64,000 bases of DNA from a virus: IMG/VR virus record IMGVR_UViG_3300034158_000010, positions 21,303 to 85,302 of that record, one strand, 5' to 3'. Each line of letters starts with the position of its first letter. Position 1 is the stretch's first letter. Shown one piece after another: positions 41,041 through 51,344 of the stretch. The position numbers and the translations under genes are program-made. The notes below the pieces were generated by a model. The model was not told where the DNA came from. It saw only the letters and a program-made list of their open reading frames with translations, and made no database searches.

Positions 41041-41241
41041 TCGCGCGCCGCGCAGTAGTATCTCTAGGTAAAAGCATTAATATGATCGAATAGATCTAAA
41101 GAGCCTTTCTTAGTTGTTTTCTTGATTAAGATTTTACATAAATAGTAATATTATGAGGGGGTGGCTTGTGGCCCCCGAATAATATTTCCTTATTCTTAGT
41201 ATAGCACTAGCTATACGGTTTTATACCCTCAGGAGCTTAAA

Positions 41242-42249
41242 ATGATCACACTACCTAAGCGTGCTCATCGCCTACTACACTGTGGTGGTGCACGTGATGT
41301 ACTATCCGATCTGTCCTTTGAAGAGATGGGTCAGATCTACGGAGATGAATACCTAGGTGAGGTATCTATTACAACCGGTTTATTAATGACCCCTTATATC
41401 TCACCACGTGTGAAAGAGTCGATGCAAGAAGCAGCGAGTGAATATGCCTTTATCAACGGGATGGACACTTACGGTGTCTGGGTACAAGCCGGTGGTGTGG
41501 GTACACGTGCAGACTTCATGAGATCCATTGCCCCTCCTAAGGAACCTGCTATGTATGATCCACTGTTCGAAGAAATCTTTGGTATGACCAACGTAGCTGA
41601 CTTCGTAGTAGTCAGTCCCGAGCTTAAGAATGCGATAGACAAAATGAACGAACCTGAACCAGTAGGAGTTATCCAAGTGCGTGAACCAACAGCTGAAGAC
41701 TATGCAGCCGCAGCAGCGGGTCTGATACCCTTCCCAAGCCGCCCAACCAAACCACTGATGGAAGTACTCCCTGAACTCAAAGGGGTATTCCTTAAGCAGT
41801 CTAAGATGTCCCCAGAAATGGAAGCCTTGTTTGCCAGTATCATGGGTGCTCACGCTGAGAATTTCGAACAGATCTTTGACCTGGCTAAGGAAGAAGGTCG
41901 CAAAGCGCAACTACGTTGGATGATTACCTATGACCAATTCTTAGTAAACAAAGCCTTGGCAAAGTTCCTACGTCGCTGTGGTAATGCAGCTGAATTACTG
42001 GCTGAAGAACGTCGTAGTGGTGATAAGCAAATGCGGTTGTTTGCAATCGCTGAGAAAGCGGTCCATGACCAGTTCAATGTTGCAGTGGAAGAACTGTTTG
42101 CCTACACCGATGAACCGTACGAGTACATCATCGACGCGGTTCAGGATAACACCTTCAACTTGGCTATTCGCAATAAGCATGGTGTTATCATTCCAATGCT
42201 CAGCATCAAGTATGCTGCTTACGGCTTTACTTTTACGGCGCATCGATAA
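41242..42249 (+). CDS. Hypothetical protein (335 aa)
   Basis: AGGAG SD. Confidence 0.8.
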   Translation: MITLPKRAHRLLHCGGARDVLSDLSFEEMGQIYGDEYLGEVSITTGLLMTPYISPRVKESMQEAASEYAFINGMDTYGVWVQAGGVGTRADFMRSIAPPKEPAMYDPLFEEIFGMTNVADFVVVSPELKNAIDKMNEPEPVGVIQVREPTAEDYAAAAAGLIPFPSRPTKPLMEVLPELKGVFLKQSKMSPEMEALFASIMGAHAENFEQIFDLAKEEGRKAQLRWMITYDQFLVNKALAKFLRRCGNAAELLAEERRSGDKQMRLFAIAEKAVHDQFNVAVEELFAYTDEPYEYIIDAVQDNTFNLAIRNKHGVIIPMLSIKYAAYGFTFTAHR

Positions 42250-42515
42250 TGGGTATACTAACTATTGATGATTGGGAACGTCATTACCCACCGACGGTGG
42301 TGAGTGATTATGAGCGGGCCTTAAAGGTTATGACTAACGTTGATTTCGATGAGCTAAAGCGTTGTGTAGATGCTGAACACGCTCGTCGTTATCAATCCAC
42401 TCACACTACCAACAACACTCGTTCAGCGATACCCGCTCTGCTCCGGTCTGGTACCACTATCCTCTTGAACCCTAACTCCCCTTTTAATACCGAGGTTAAA
42501 AATGCACAAGGTTGA
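42249..42515 (+). CDS. Hypothetical protein
   Basis: TAATG overlap. Confidence 0.6.
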   Translation: MGILTIDDWERHYPPTVVSDYERALKVMTNVDFDELKRCVDAEHARRYQSTHTTNNTRSAIPALLRSGTTILLNPNSPFNTEVKNAQG

Positions 42516-42646
42516 TTTCACTGATAATGTCACTAACTACAACGCAATCTTCCAACACGTGATCGTGAATGGTGGGGCGCTGGAACTGGTTGTTGGTTCG
42601 ACTGGTCAGCACCTGAATGTAATCGTGCCAAAGGAGGCTATTGAGA

Positions 42647-43150
42647 ATGCTTGATTCCAAAGCAGTGGTAAAAGAAGCGCTTGAACACATGCGTACCCCG
42701 TTCACCATGGATCAGTTGATGGACAACTGCTTCGCTGATGGTATCCCTATTACCAATCACCAAGCACGGGCTATCACTGAGATCGCCGATGACGTCATCC
42801 GTAAGGGTGGCTTCTACACGATGGCTCAACTGCAAGACAACCGTGGTACGAACTTCCAGTTTTATAACGTCGTAGGTGAAGTGGTTAACACCATTACCCT
42901 GAACCTACCGAACATCGCTAAGGATCGTAAGATCCCTACCCGTAACTGGTTGGTGTCGTTGTTCAGTCACATTGGTTATCACAACAAGCGTCTGGAAGTT
43001 AAGTACATGGAACAACTCATTGAGTCCCATGTCCGTGATGGTGGTAGCTGGTCGTCCAGTATGTCTGGCGATGCTGTCTACTTCGTGTTCCGTATGAACG
43101 AACGTGTTAAAGCGCGTTATGAATTCCACCGTGAGGATTTGACCCAATGA
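42647..43150 (+). CDS. Hypothetical protein
   Basis: AGGAGG SD. Confidence 0.75.
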   Translation: MLDSKAVVKEALEHMRTPFTMDQLMDNCFADGIPITNHQARAITEIADDVIRKGGFYTMAQLQDNRGTNFQFYNVVGEVVNTITLNLPNIAKDRKIPTRNWLVSLFSHIGYHNKRLEVKYMEQLIESHVRDGGSWSSSMSGDAVYFVFRMNERVKARYEFHREDLTQ

Positions 43151-43491
43151 CTGAAAAATTAAACGGGTGCAGTATTGATGTCGATACCTTTACCGTATTG
43201 GTTTGCGGTATGCCTTTGCTTAAGGATCTACTGACCCCTTTTAAAGCGCAGATCCAACATGACGCTATGGTAGCATTCAATCAGATTGCTTTGGCCATTG
43301 TAAAGATCCATGGACCTGCGTTTGGCCTTGATCCAGAGAACCCACCTGAACCAAAGCGGTGGTCACTGGGCACTGGTAGTAAAGAGGAATCTGATTACAT
43401 GATGAGTTTCCTACCGGTTAAAGAACTCCAGCGTAGTGAGGTAGTTAGCTACCAAACTGCTCGTGAAATCAAACCGTTGGCAGGATTCTAA
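43147..43491 (+). CDS. Hypothetical protein, paralogue of 43493-43774
   Basis: ID..(F/Y)TV...V(A/G)FN..A..IV...G...W(S/T)LG...Y...FL. Confidence 0.75.
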   Translation: MTEKLNGCSIDVDTFTVLVCGMPLLKDLLTPFKAQIQHDAMVAFNQIALAIVKIHGPAFGLDPENPPEPKRWSLGTGSKEESDYMMSFLPVKELQRSEVVSYQTAREIKPLAGF

Positions 43492-43492
43492 C

Positions 43493-43774
43493 ATGACGCA
43501 GCTATTCACTATCGATGAGAACAACTACACCGTGGTATTGAATAGCCGTGCCGCTATCGCTCAGGTGATGGAAGACACAGGCGTCAGTTCATTAGTTGGT
43601 TTCAACCGTGCAGCTGTACTGATCGTAAGACAGTTCGGTCACGTGCAAGGTGTTACTCTGGATGACAATGATTTAGAACACTGGACCCTCGGTGCAGTGA
43701 CGATGGCAGATGCAACTTATCTACAAGGCTTTCTTGCTGGCGACGCCAGTGAGATTGTATCCCTTAGTAATTGA
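43493..43774 (+). CDS. Hypothetical protein, paralogue of 43147-43491
   Basis: Same motif pattern; AGGA SD. Confidence 0.75.
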   Translation: MTQLFTIDENNYTVVLNSRAAIAQVMEDTGVSSLVGFNRAAVLIVRQFGHVQGVTLDDNDLEHWTLGAVTMADATYLQGFLAGDASEIVSLSN

Positions 43775-43791
43775 AACGGAGCTACACCCTG

Positions 43792-44766
43792 ATGAAACCT
43801 TATGATTTCGAAGAAGCAGCAACTCCTGTAAAAACCTGTTTGATCTTTGCTGGTGGTTGCGGTCTCAACGTAGCTACCCACGTTATGGATCTTCCTAACG
43901 TTCATTGCATTGACACCTGCGATAAGAACATCGTTGATGCTCACCGTACTGGTAAAGTCTTTCTGACCCAAGGTACTCGTGGCGCTGGTAAGAACCGTGC
44001 ATTCATCCTACCTAAGGTTCGTCCACAAATCCCAACCTACATGGCGACTCTCCCTGAAGCAGACTTCTACATCGTCTGTTATTCGCTGGGTGGCGGATCG
44101 GGTTCGGTACTGGGTCCTTTGATCACTGGTGCTCTGGCGGATCGTCAAGCGGCTTTCGTTAGCTTCGTAATCGGTGCTATGGAATCTCCAGAAGTACTGC
44201 AAAACGATATCGATACCATGAAGTCGTTGGAGTCGATTGCGGTTCGTAAAGAAACGCCTATCGTAATCAACTACACCCCGAACGTTAACGGTCAGACCTA
44301 TGAGTATACCAACTCTCAGGTAGCTGCTAACATCCGTCGCATGGTTTGCCTGACTAACCAGAACCACCAGCGTCTGGATGTGTTCGATGTTCAGAACTGG
44401 GTACGCTTCACTGACAAGCATAAGAACCTGATCCCTCAGGTGTGTGAGCTGCACATCAGTGACAGTCGTAAAGATGCTGAGCTGGTTCCTGAACCAATCG
44501 CTGTTGCCAGCCTTTACCTCGATCCATCCAAAGAGTTCGCTTTTGGTTCTGCGATCGTACGCACCACCGGTATCATGCGTCCCGATGATCTGGACGTTAC
44601 TGAAGAACAACTGCACTTCGTCATCAACTCGGTTGGTGTTGTAGAAGTCATGAAGTCTATCAGCGATACCAAAACTGAGGTCACTCGTCAACTGGCAAAG
44701 TTCGTACAGCGTAACCCGCTGCTGGACCCAGATGACAATGCTGATGAAGATGGCATGGTAGTCTAA
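43792..44766 (+). CDS. phuZ: Phage tubulin PhuZ
   Basis: FAGGCG, GAGKNR, SLGGGSGS signature, RLDV.D, acidic C-terminal DEDGMVV. Confidence 0.97.
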   Translation: MKPYDFEEAATPVKTCLIFAGGCGLNVATHVMDLPNVHCIDTCDKNIVDAHRTGKVFLTQGTRGAGKNRAFILPKVRPQIPTYMATLPEADFYIVCYSLGGGSGSVLGPLITGALADRQAAFVSFVIGAMESPEVLQNDIDTMKSLESIAVRKETPIVINYTPNVNGQTYEYTNSQVAANIRRMVCLTNQNHQRLDVFDVQNWVRFTDKHKNLIPQVCELHISDSRKDAELVPEPIAVASLYLDPSKEFAFGSAIVRTTGIMRPDDLDVTEEQLHFVINSVGVVEVMKSISDTKTEVTRQLAKFVQRNPLLDPDDNADEDGMVV

Positions 44767-44771
44767 ATAAC

Positions 44772-44793
44772 AGTCCCACCTTCGGGTGGGGCT
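44772..44793 (+). terminator. Terminator after phuZ
   Basis: agtcccacc-ttcg-ggtggggct. Confidence 0.8.
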
Positions 44794-44818
44794 TTATTCC
44801 CTTTTAGGAGTTAACAGA

Positions 44819-45025
44819 ATGGCTAAATTAAATGCTGGTGATGTATTGAGCGAAACGCCTCGGATTCTCGTGGTTGAAGGCACTAACAACTTTGTGACCA
44901 TTCGCTCGCCTGCTCCGAATGCGTACATCCACGAGTTCATGTGGATGAAAGGTTACAAACACATTAGCACTGGTACGTTGTACATCGACGGTCAATGCAA
45001 CTCCACTTTTCAAAAGCATTTCTGA
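44819..45025 (+). CDS. Small hypothetical protein, similar to 45033-45311
   Basis: AGGAG SD; GD...R..V.E....VTI......FM. Confidence 0.65.
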   Translation: MAKLNAGDVLSETPRILVVEGTNNFVTIRSPAPNAYIHEFMWMKGYKHISTGTLYIDGQCNSTFQKHF

Positions 45026-45032
45026 GGTTAAC

Positions 45033-45311
45033 ATGTGGACAGAAGTTGATATCGATACCATCCCTCTACCGATCGAACCGAAGTTCAAGTTCCGTAAAGG
45101 GGACGAGGTTAAGTTTAACGACACTCGGTTTCACATCTACGAGTGTAACGCCGACTACGTCACAATCAATATTCGCAAGAAGTACGCCACTGCTGACCTG
45201 ATGCAATTTATGGAAACCCGATTTGATGCGGTCTATACTGGCCCTATGTTGAATTGGACCGAAGGTAGTCATTTAACTTTTAAAAGGAAAACACCCGATG
45301 TCCAGATTTAA
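45033..45311 (+). CDS. Hypothetical protein
   Basis: GAGGT SD. Confidence 0.7.
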   Translation: MWTEVDIDTIPLPIEPKFKFRKGDEVKFNDTRFHIYECNADYVTINIRKKYATADLMQFMETRFDAVYTGPMLNWTEGSHLTFKRKTPDVQI

Positions 45312-45615
45312 AGAAGGTGAGGGGCTATGGTACATCACACCGGATATCTTCACATCTCAAGTATTGGAACTCGGTAAGCGTTACACCGTCCTCTTGCTGG
45401 CAGATGGCGACGTTGTCATCAAGGGTTACGTTGTAGCTGGCGTAGGTAATTTCGATGCGGACTGGAACCTGACTCTGGGGGCGGACGATATGACGTACCT
45501 ATCGCTAAAGTTGCCTTACTTCAGTTCGCATTACATTAATGGGTTTGATATCATCATCCGGGATGACGAGAAAACCTTGATCATGTTACCCAACGTGAGT
45601 TATAGCCGTGGCTAA
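45298..45615 (+). CDS. Hypothetical protein
   Basis: AAGGA SD. Confidence 0.7.
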   Translation: MSRFKEGEGLWYITPDIFTSQVLELGKRYTVLLLADGDVVIKGYVVAGVGNFDADWNLTLGADDMTYLSLKLPYFSSHYINGFDIIIRDDEKTLIMLPNVSYSRG

Positions 45616-46069
45616 AGTAACGGTACTTAATTGCTGGAACGCTGAGAAGTATCCTCTACCCGTCCCTGTGATCAGCTTTAACGAGTGGAACGGTCCTATA
45701 CCGGGTGAGCGTCACACTTACCCGTTAGGTACCCATCACAAGGACGTACAGCGGATCTACGTGGATGACGTTGAAGAACAGATCGACTCCACGTATCGCT
45801 TGTTTGATTACATCGACGCGCTGAAGATCTTCACGTTCTTGGATAAGTACCCAGGTGAAGACATCATGGTACATTGTGCGGCGGGTTCATCGCGTAGCCC
45901 TGCATGCGCTAAGTTCATGATCGAGTATCTGGGCTATGAGTTGGACACCGAGGTTAACAGCCCTGATTATGACCGGTGTCATAATACTCACGTCTACTAT
46001 ACTCTGAAACGGGCGATCTTCGATCACCAGCGAATTCAACAAACCTTAAGGATGGCAAATCGTGGCTAA
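45608..46069 (+). CDS. Protein tyrosine/dual-specificity phosphatase-like protein
   Basis: VHCAAGSSRS CX5R P-loop. Confidence 0.8.
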   Translation: MAKVTVLNCWNAEKYPLPVPVISFNEWNGPIPGERHTYPLGTHHKDVQRIYVDDVEEQIDSTYRLFDYIDALKIFTFLDKYPGEDIMVHCAAGSSRSPACAKFMIEYLGYELDTEVNSPDYDRCHNTHVYYTLKRAIFDHQRIQQTLRMANRG

Positions 46070-46262
46070 ACGTAATAAGTTCAAAGGTAACAATGCAAAG
46101 CTGGTGGGTGACACTCGTCTTACTCAACGTGAGATGAAGAAAATGTCTGCGGCGTACTACAACGTACAACGTGACTTTGAAACCCGCACAGCTGCTGAAG
46201 CGGCCAATGCGGCACGTACCACCGAGGACGTTAAACCGGCGGTCTTCGATGAGTTGGGTTGA
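46062..46262 (+). CDS. Small basic hypothetical protein
   Basis: Coupled ORF. Confidence 0.6.
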   Translation: MAKRNKFKGNNAKLVGDTRLTQREMKKMSAAYYNVQRDFETRTAAEAANAARTTEDVKPAVFDELG

Positions 46263-46531
46263 TATAGCCAAGATAGGTAGTCTACTGTTAACCGTAGTTG
46301 CCTTCTATGGTTTCATCTGGTACATTGACGAAAGGGGATAACTATGATTGGTGCAATGGGTAACCTCTCTGCATGGGGCGTTGGGATGTTTCTTCTGTTC
46401 GGACTGTTGTTCTTGGTGTCCGACGATAGTACTAAGTACCGTAAACCGGTAGGTATCATCTCGTTGTTTTGGCTGGTGACAGCGGTGGTTGCTTCAACCA
46501 TTCGTGAGACCTATATTCCTTAAGGTGAGTT

Positions 46532-46984
46532 ATGGCTAAGTCCAAGAAACAGATAGATGAATCTGTAGCTTGCGACCTAGGGCTTGTACTCTCACCCCAT
46601 ACCAGAACGATACGGGAAGTTGCAGAAGCGGGTAACGCCACGGTGTGCTTGATCTTTGCTTTTGAATGTGACGACTACGTATGTTACGATCTGGTTCCAG
46701 TTTGGCGTGAAGTAAATGGGATGCGAATCAAGTTACCTAAGTTTCAATCGCACCCCACCGTCGTGGAGCGATTGCGCAAGCTGCTCTATAGACGGTACTA
46801 CACAACCGATGGACGATACCTGTATCCACTTAAGGTAAAGTCCGTTGATGAGTTTAACCGGCGACTACCCTTTGAAGTAGGGAACATCACCGACTGCTTG
46901 ACCACACTTATTGAACCGGACCTAGTCATGGGTCTACGATCTAAATCACTGTTATTCCACCGAAGGAAAATTCAATATGAATGA
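46532..46984 (+). CDS. Hypothetical protein
   Basis: AAGGTG SD. Confidence 0.75.
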   Translation: MAKSKKQIDESVACDLGLVLSPHTRTIREVAEAGNATVCLIFAFECDDYVCYDLVPVWREVNGMRIKLPKFQSHPTVVERLRKLLYRRYYTTDGRYLYPLKVKSVDEFNRRLPFEVGNITDCLTTLIEPDLVMGLRSKSLLFHRRKIQYE

Positions 46985-47348
46985 AGTTAAACCGTATAAC
47001 AACGAAGCCTTCCTGACGTTGTTCAAGGCTATCCGTGAAATGAACAAGTGGTATCACAAAGACCTTGTGTCGATCCCAACGTTCAAGTCTACACCAATTC
47101 GTGGGTTGTGGACGGTTTGGCGCCCTACTGGCACAGGTTATCAAATCCTGTTGGATTCAGACCATCGTACCTACGCAATGTTGGAATGGAACTTCAAGAG
47201 TCAGGAGTTGTTTATCCAGGACCTGAAGCTGACCATTTCGGAAGCCGTGGTCGATCAGAACGAAATCCAAGAACATCTGCTGCTCGCAGTGGTTCGTATC
47301 TACGCTGACATTAAGGAGAAGATCGCATGCACCGCCGTGGAGAACTGA
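46977..47348 (+). CDS. Hypothetical protein
   Basis: AAGGA SD. Confidence 0.75.
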   Translation: MNEVKPYNNEAFLTLFKAIREMNKWYHKDLVSIPTFKSTPIRGLWTVWRPTGTGYQILLDSDHRTYAMLEWNFKSQELFIQDLKLTISEAVVDQNEIQEHLLLAVVRIYADIKEKIACTAVEN

Positions 47349-47605
47349 TTCGCCTACTTAAAGAGTTCCGGGATCTGGACCTCCCTATGGTCTGTGCACC
47401 TTTGGATCAGTTCACGTCCGTTCGTATTACCCTACGTGGTACTACATTCAGCTTCGTTAAGAAGTACCGTGGTAAGGAAGAGGATGTGGCTATCGTTTAT
47501 ACCAACACCGATGGGGAATATACCGGTATGGTTGTCGAAGGTAACGTTGCTACCGCTATGTCGTTACTGTTGTTCTCGCTGGAGATCGCAGTAGAGAACA
47601 ACTGA
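47327..47605 (+). CDS. Hypothetical protein
   Basis: AAGGAG SD. Confidence 0.65.
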   Translation: MHRRGELIRLLKEFRDLDLPMVCAPLDQFTSVRITLRGTTFSFVKKYRGKEEDVAIVYTNTDGEYTGMVVEGNVATAMSLLLFSLEIAVENN

Positions 47606-47686
47606 TGGACGCCCGTCAGCAAATCGAGAGTGTCAAGTGCGATGCTCTCAGAATGTTAAAACTAATTGCTGCACGTGAGGGTACCG

Positions 47687-47926
47687 ATGAAGCTTTCAAT
47701 TTATATTCTCCTGACCACCTTGGTGTGTATAGCACTGTCGGTGACGAAGTGTGTGATGGACACACGGGAATATGTGGAGGAGACCCGTTTCACGATTACT
47801 AACTCGATGAGTAATCAGGAACAAAGTTACAGAGCGTGTTTGAAACGTACCTCCAGTTGGATGGGCGTCACAGACCGTAACAAAATGACCGCGTGTTCTA
47901 AAGAAGTGGGATTCTATGAAAATTGA
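47687..47926 (+). CDS. Membrane-anchored protein with C-terminal Cys pair
   Basis: N-terminal TM; YRACL...ACSKE. Confidence 0.6.
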   Translation: MKLSIYILLTTLVCIALSVTKCVMDTREYVEETRFTITNSMSNQEQSYRACLKRTSSWMGVTDRNKMTACSKEVGFYEN

Positions 47927-48092
47927 TTTGAGTTGGATATTCCTTGGTTTGCTGGCGCTATCTTTCGGGGGCTGTGCAGGACTGAGTACGATCGGCGATA
48001 AGTATGAAAGTGCTGAACGTTATAAAGCTGACCGTTATTTGGAAGGCGTAAAGTTCAAAGCAAGGTTGGAAGCTGGTGAAGTAGTCCGTTAA
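47916..48092 (+). CDS. Small putative lipoprotein (58 aa, absent from ORF track)
   Basis: MKIDLSWIFLGLLALSFGG-C lipobox-like. Confidence 0.55.
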   Translation: MKIDLSWIFLGLLALSFGGCAGLSTIGDKYESAERYKADRYLEGVKFKARLEAGEVVR

Positions 48093-48112
48093 TAACTGGG
48101 TGGAGTTTAACA

Positions 48113-48379
48113 ATGCAACTTGATAAAGAGGTGTTAAAAGATTCACGGGCATTTGCCAAATGGGCCGTCATCTTGACACTCGTGTTTGGCCTGGGTGGTT
48201 TGATCTTCACTCATGTACGCGAGGTTCGTGAAAGCGATCGTATCGAAGCTGAAGAACTACGTGCCTGGCAAAGTTCGCCAGAGTATGCCTTCAGGTTCTG
48301 CTTGACGACCGTAACTGGTATTGACGGTACGGCTACACCAGATCAGATCAAAGCCTGTAAAGAAGCGTCACTTCGTTAA
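48113..48379 (+). CDS. Membrane-anchored protein, paralogue of 47687-47926
   Basis: TM; FRFCL...ACKE. Confidence 0.65.
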   Translation: MQLDKEVLKDSRAFAKWAVILTLVFGLGGLIFTHVREVRESDRIEAEELRAWQSSPEYAFRFCLTTVTGIDGTATPDQIKACKEASLR

Positions 48380-48388
48380 CGTCATAAA

Positions 48389-48409
48389 GCCCCTCCGTAA
48401 TGGAGGGGC
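48389..48409. terminator. Bidirectional terminator
   Basis: gcccctcc-gtaat-ggaggggc. Confidence 0.85.
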
Positions 48410-48425
48410 GATATGCCTTATTTTT

Positions 48426-49247
48426 TTATTGTGCCGCGATCAGAGTACGGATGTGGTGCCGATTACCCTCAGGGTCGTTGAAGCACCGCAAGATCTTTTG
48501 AACCTTACGTAGTTGCTCATCGTACTTGTCATTAGCGTCAGCCCACTCGTATACCTTATCACGGAATACACCAAGCTCTTGACCACCTGCCAACTGAGCT
48601 TCACCCATCTCGATGAACATCTCGTTGTAGCAGTAAGCCTGAACAGCGTACTCAACCAACTTAGCGAATGCAGGCCAGCTAGGTTGACGAATGTTGTTTA
48701 GTTCCTCATCGTTACCCAGACGACAGCTAAGATAAGCGGTGGCCGTAGGCATAGCGATAAAGCGTACCATGAATGTGTTGTGGTTAATCAAACCCAAGTA
48801 ACTGGTTTGTGCCACAGGGATACGACGAGCCGCATCTAACACCTGCCGGGTAGCTGAGGTCATTGCGCCTTCACGGTAAGTAGTCATGAGACCACCGCTC
48901 TGATAACCCAGTACACCGAAGTGCATACTGTACAGCTGGACGATTGGCCTGCCTTGGGTATACTCATCAGGAATGTAGTAAACAGTCGTATATGGGTCTA
49001 CGTACTGTGCTCGAACTGGGAAGTCTAGAGGGATGAAAGTCTTAGTACCACCGATCACTTCCAGGTCAGGTTTAATACGGGCCTCGATTATCGCTTCTCG
49101 AATACGATGCTCCATCGAAAAGTTAGATCCACAACCAGCATTATCCAGAGCAATGGTCGCCTTATTACCGGCAACGAAAACCTGCTGGAGTACCTGACGG
49201 GGGATACGGGGTCGAATGTAGTTTAGTGCATATTGGATAGCGCTCAT
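48426..49247 (-). CDS. Conserved phiKZ-family protein (gp42-like by recalled synteny)
   Basis: IP..VL..F, L.ND..L.NI, GG.ELG.F. Confidence 0.6.
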   Translation of the reverse strand: MSAIQYALNYIRPRIPRQVLQQVFVAGNKATIALDNAGCGSNFSMEHRIREAIIEARIKPDLEVIGGTKTFIPLDFPVRAQYVDPYTTVYYIPDEYTQGRPIVQLYSMHFGVLGYQSGGLMTTYREGAMTSATRQVLDAARRIPVAQTSYLGLINHNTFMVRFIAMPTATAYLSCRLGNDEELNNIRQPSWPAFAKLVEYAVQAYCYNEMFIEMGEAQLAGGQELGVFRDKVYEWADANDKYDEQLRKVQKILRCFNDPEGNRHHIRTLIAAQ

Positions 49248-49345
49248 TCCGAAAACGTCCTATATCGCATTTCAGGGGCCTTCCCGGTGGGATAGTTATA
49301 CTTGGGAGCGTATACTATACGAGGGGAAGCATTTAACTCATTTAA

Positions 49346-49370
49346 TTTGAGATCTATATCATGCTACTGG
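49346..49370 (+). promoter_or_regulatory. Early promoter, TATATCAT variant
   Basis: tttgagatcTATATCAT. Confidence 0.7.
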
Positions 49371-49388
49371 ATTAATAGAGGAAAGACT

Positions 49389-49811
49389 ATGCACGAAAAC
49401 AAGCCACAGCCATACGATCTCCACGTGTTTGATATCAGACCTGTGCTCCCCCTGATCGATCATGGTAGTATTCGTCTATTGGCGTTCATGCGTCATGATA
49501 AACGAACTGGCCGTAACCCAGACCATGCAATGATTATCACCCAAGGGAGCGAATATGATCAACGTGTAAGAATCACCAGTGATGAAATCCTAGATGACTT
49601 CATCTCGATTGCAATCAATTCATTCGAACATACTTGGGTACATCGTAACCTGAGTCACGTATCTGATGCAGAGCACCGAATATATCGGGAATTCCCTGAG
49701 GCATGGCGAGCACTGTATCAATGCATTCATTTCCAACCGGAACACGCTGGGTTGTTCGCGCACTATCAGAGAATCAATGATGCGATCTACCTGGCTGTTC
49801 CGAAGTATTAA
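49389..49811 (+). CDS. Hypothetical protein
   Basis: GAGGA SD after promoter. Confidence 0.75.
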   Translation: MHENKPQPYDLHVFDIRPVLPLIDHGSIRLLAFMRHDKRTGRNPDHAMIITQGSEYDQRVRITSDEILDDFISIAINSFEHTWVHRNLSHVSDAEHRIYREFPEAWRALYQCIHFQPEHAGLFAHYQRINDAIYLAVPKY

Positions 49812-49821
49812 GGGTTAAGTA

Positions 49822-50877
49822 ATGTCTGGATCAAAACGTTTTATCGTGCTTGAAAGTCAAGACCACGTTGATGTACTAAAAGAGTGTATTGAGTTTCTTG
49901 CGTTGACCGCTCCTGAGACTAAGCTGAAGGTGATCAGCACTCGTGAAGCTTCAACCATCCTGTACTTCCTTACTCGTGATGCAGTAGACACCGCTCTGGC
50001 ACATCGGGTAGGTGACACTAGTAACGTTGAGGCTATCTGCGCTATCCTTTACGGGATCGGTAAGACATCGGTAACTAAGAACCATCTGGATGCGTACGAA
50101 GCTATTCGCACGCACAGCCTGTGGATGGGCGTAGAGCATAACCTACGGATTCAACTCAAGCAGTATATCCCACTGGATTGCTGGACTGACTGGACCGTAA
50201 TTAAGTCGTCCGGCTTGCTGGGTTTGACTGAAGGTGAAGATCATCGGATCACCGAGTTTAATAAGTTGGCTAAAGGTCAACCGGTTAATGAGGATGAGAC
50301 CGAAGAGGCAGTAGCTACTATTAACTGTTCGAACCCGATCAACTATCTGTACAACCAGTTCATTCAGCGTTACGGTGATAAGATCCACACCGCTCAACAA
50401 CACATGTCTCAACCCGGTGTTCAGATGGATTCGTTCTATCGGAAGATGATGTCGGACTTCTTTGCTAACCCCACCGAACAGATCGCTGCAATCTTCTGTG
50501 AAGGTATCACCCGTGTTAATCCTCAGATCGAACTGGCTGAGCATTGCCCAACGGTTAACCAAGTCCTGTTGAAGATCCTGAACATCTACGATATGGAAAC
50601 ATTTCATCGGGAAGTTGTATCGAAGCTGGTGATTGCATTCGGTATGGGTCAGATCAGTTACAGCGTCAAGAAGGACGAGTCGTATAAGCTGGAGTTCTAC
50701 ACCGGCACCAACATCATCTCGATCTTCAAGAAGTTGTTTTCGACCATTACAGAAAAGTACGAGGAAGAGTTATTACATGCACTCAATCGTGGCGACTACC
50801 TACCGTATGAAGAACGTAAGGTCGCTGAACGCGTATTTGCTGAACGCGCCAATATGGTACTTAACCTTCGCCAATGA
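49822..50877 (+). CDS. Hypothetical protein (351 aa)
   Basis: Long ORF in operon. Confidence 0.8.
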   Translation: MSGSKRFIVLESQDHVDVLKECIEFLALTAPETKLKVISTREASTILYFLTRDAVDTALAHRVGDTSNVEAICAILYGIGKTSVTKNHLDAYEAIRTHSLWMGVEHNLRIQLKQYIPLDCWTDWTVIKSSGLLGLTEGEDHRITEFNKLAKGQPVNEDETEEAVATINCSNPINYLYNQFIQRYGDKIHTAQQHMSQPGVQMDSFYRKMMSDFFANPTEQIAAIFCEGITRVNPQIELAEHCPTVNQVLLKILNIYDMETFHREVVSKLVIAFGMGQISYSVKKDESYKLEFYTGTNIISIFKKLFSTITEKYEEELLHALNRGDYLPYEERKVAERVFAERANMVLNLRQ

Positions 50878-51344
50878 GCACACAAAATATCCTGATCGTA
50901 TTTGATCACTGGGACGCTACTCGGTTTCAGAGTGATCACTGGGCTACAGCCTCGTGGTTCTTTGGACCGGGTGGGAAGTTCCTCAGAGCAATCGCCACCA
51001 TGGCGGTAATTCAACCCAATCCAGATGAAGGCGAACACTATGTTGAAACGCTTACTGACACCGCGCTTGACCTCATTGGTTACCGGTGTGATGACCGAGA
51101 CGAAGCCAATCCAGCACCAACTCTCGACGAAGATCAACGGCAAGAAGTGGTCGACTACCTTATCGAGTGCAATCGGGCAATGCGTCCGTACTTGCCGAAC
51201 GGCGGGACAAACGTGCTTCACTCGTACGTAACTGACCCCAACTACAATGAACTCTATCTGATTATAAAACATCATGATGAAAGAGAACATCCTGATACGT
51301 CTGGATTCGGTTGTGGTATACGGTCAGTCAAATCAGCTGGTTGA
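50874..51344 (+). CDS. Hypothetical protein
   Basis: ATGA overlap. Confidence 0.7.
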   Translation: MSTQNILIVFDHWDATRFQSDHWATASWFFGPGGKFLRAIATMAVIQPNPDEGEHYVETLTDTALDLIGYRCDDRDEANPAPTLDEDQRQEVVDYLIECNRAMRPYLPNGGTNVLHSYVTDPNYNELYLIIKHHDEREHPDTSGFGCGIRSVKSAG

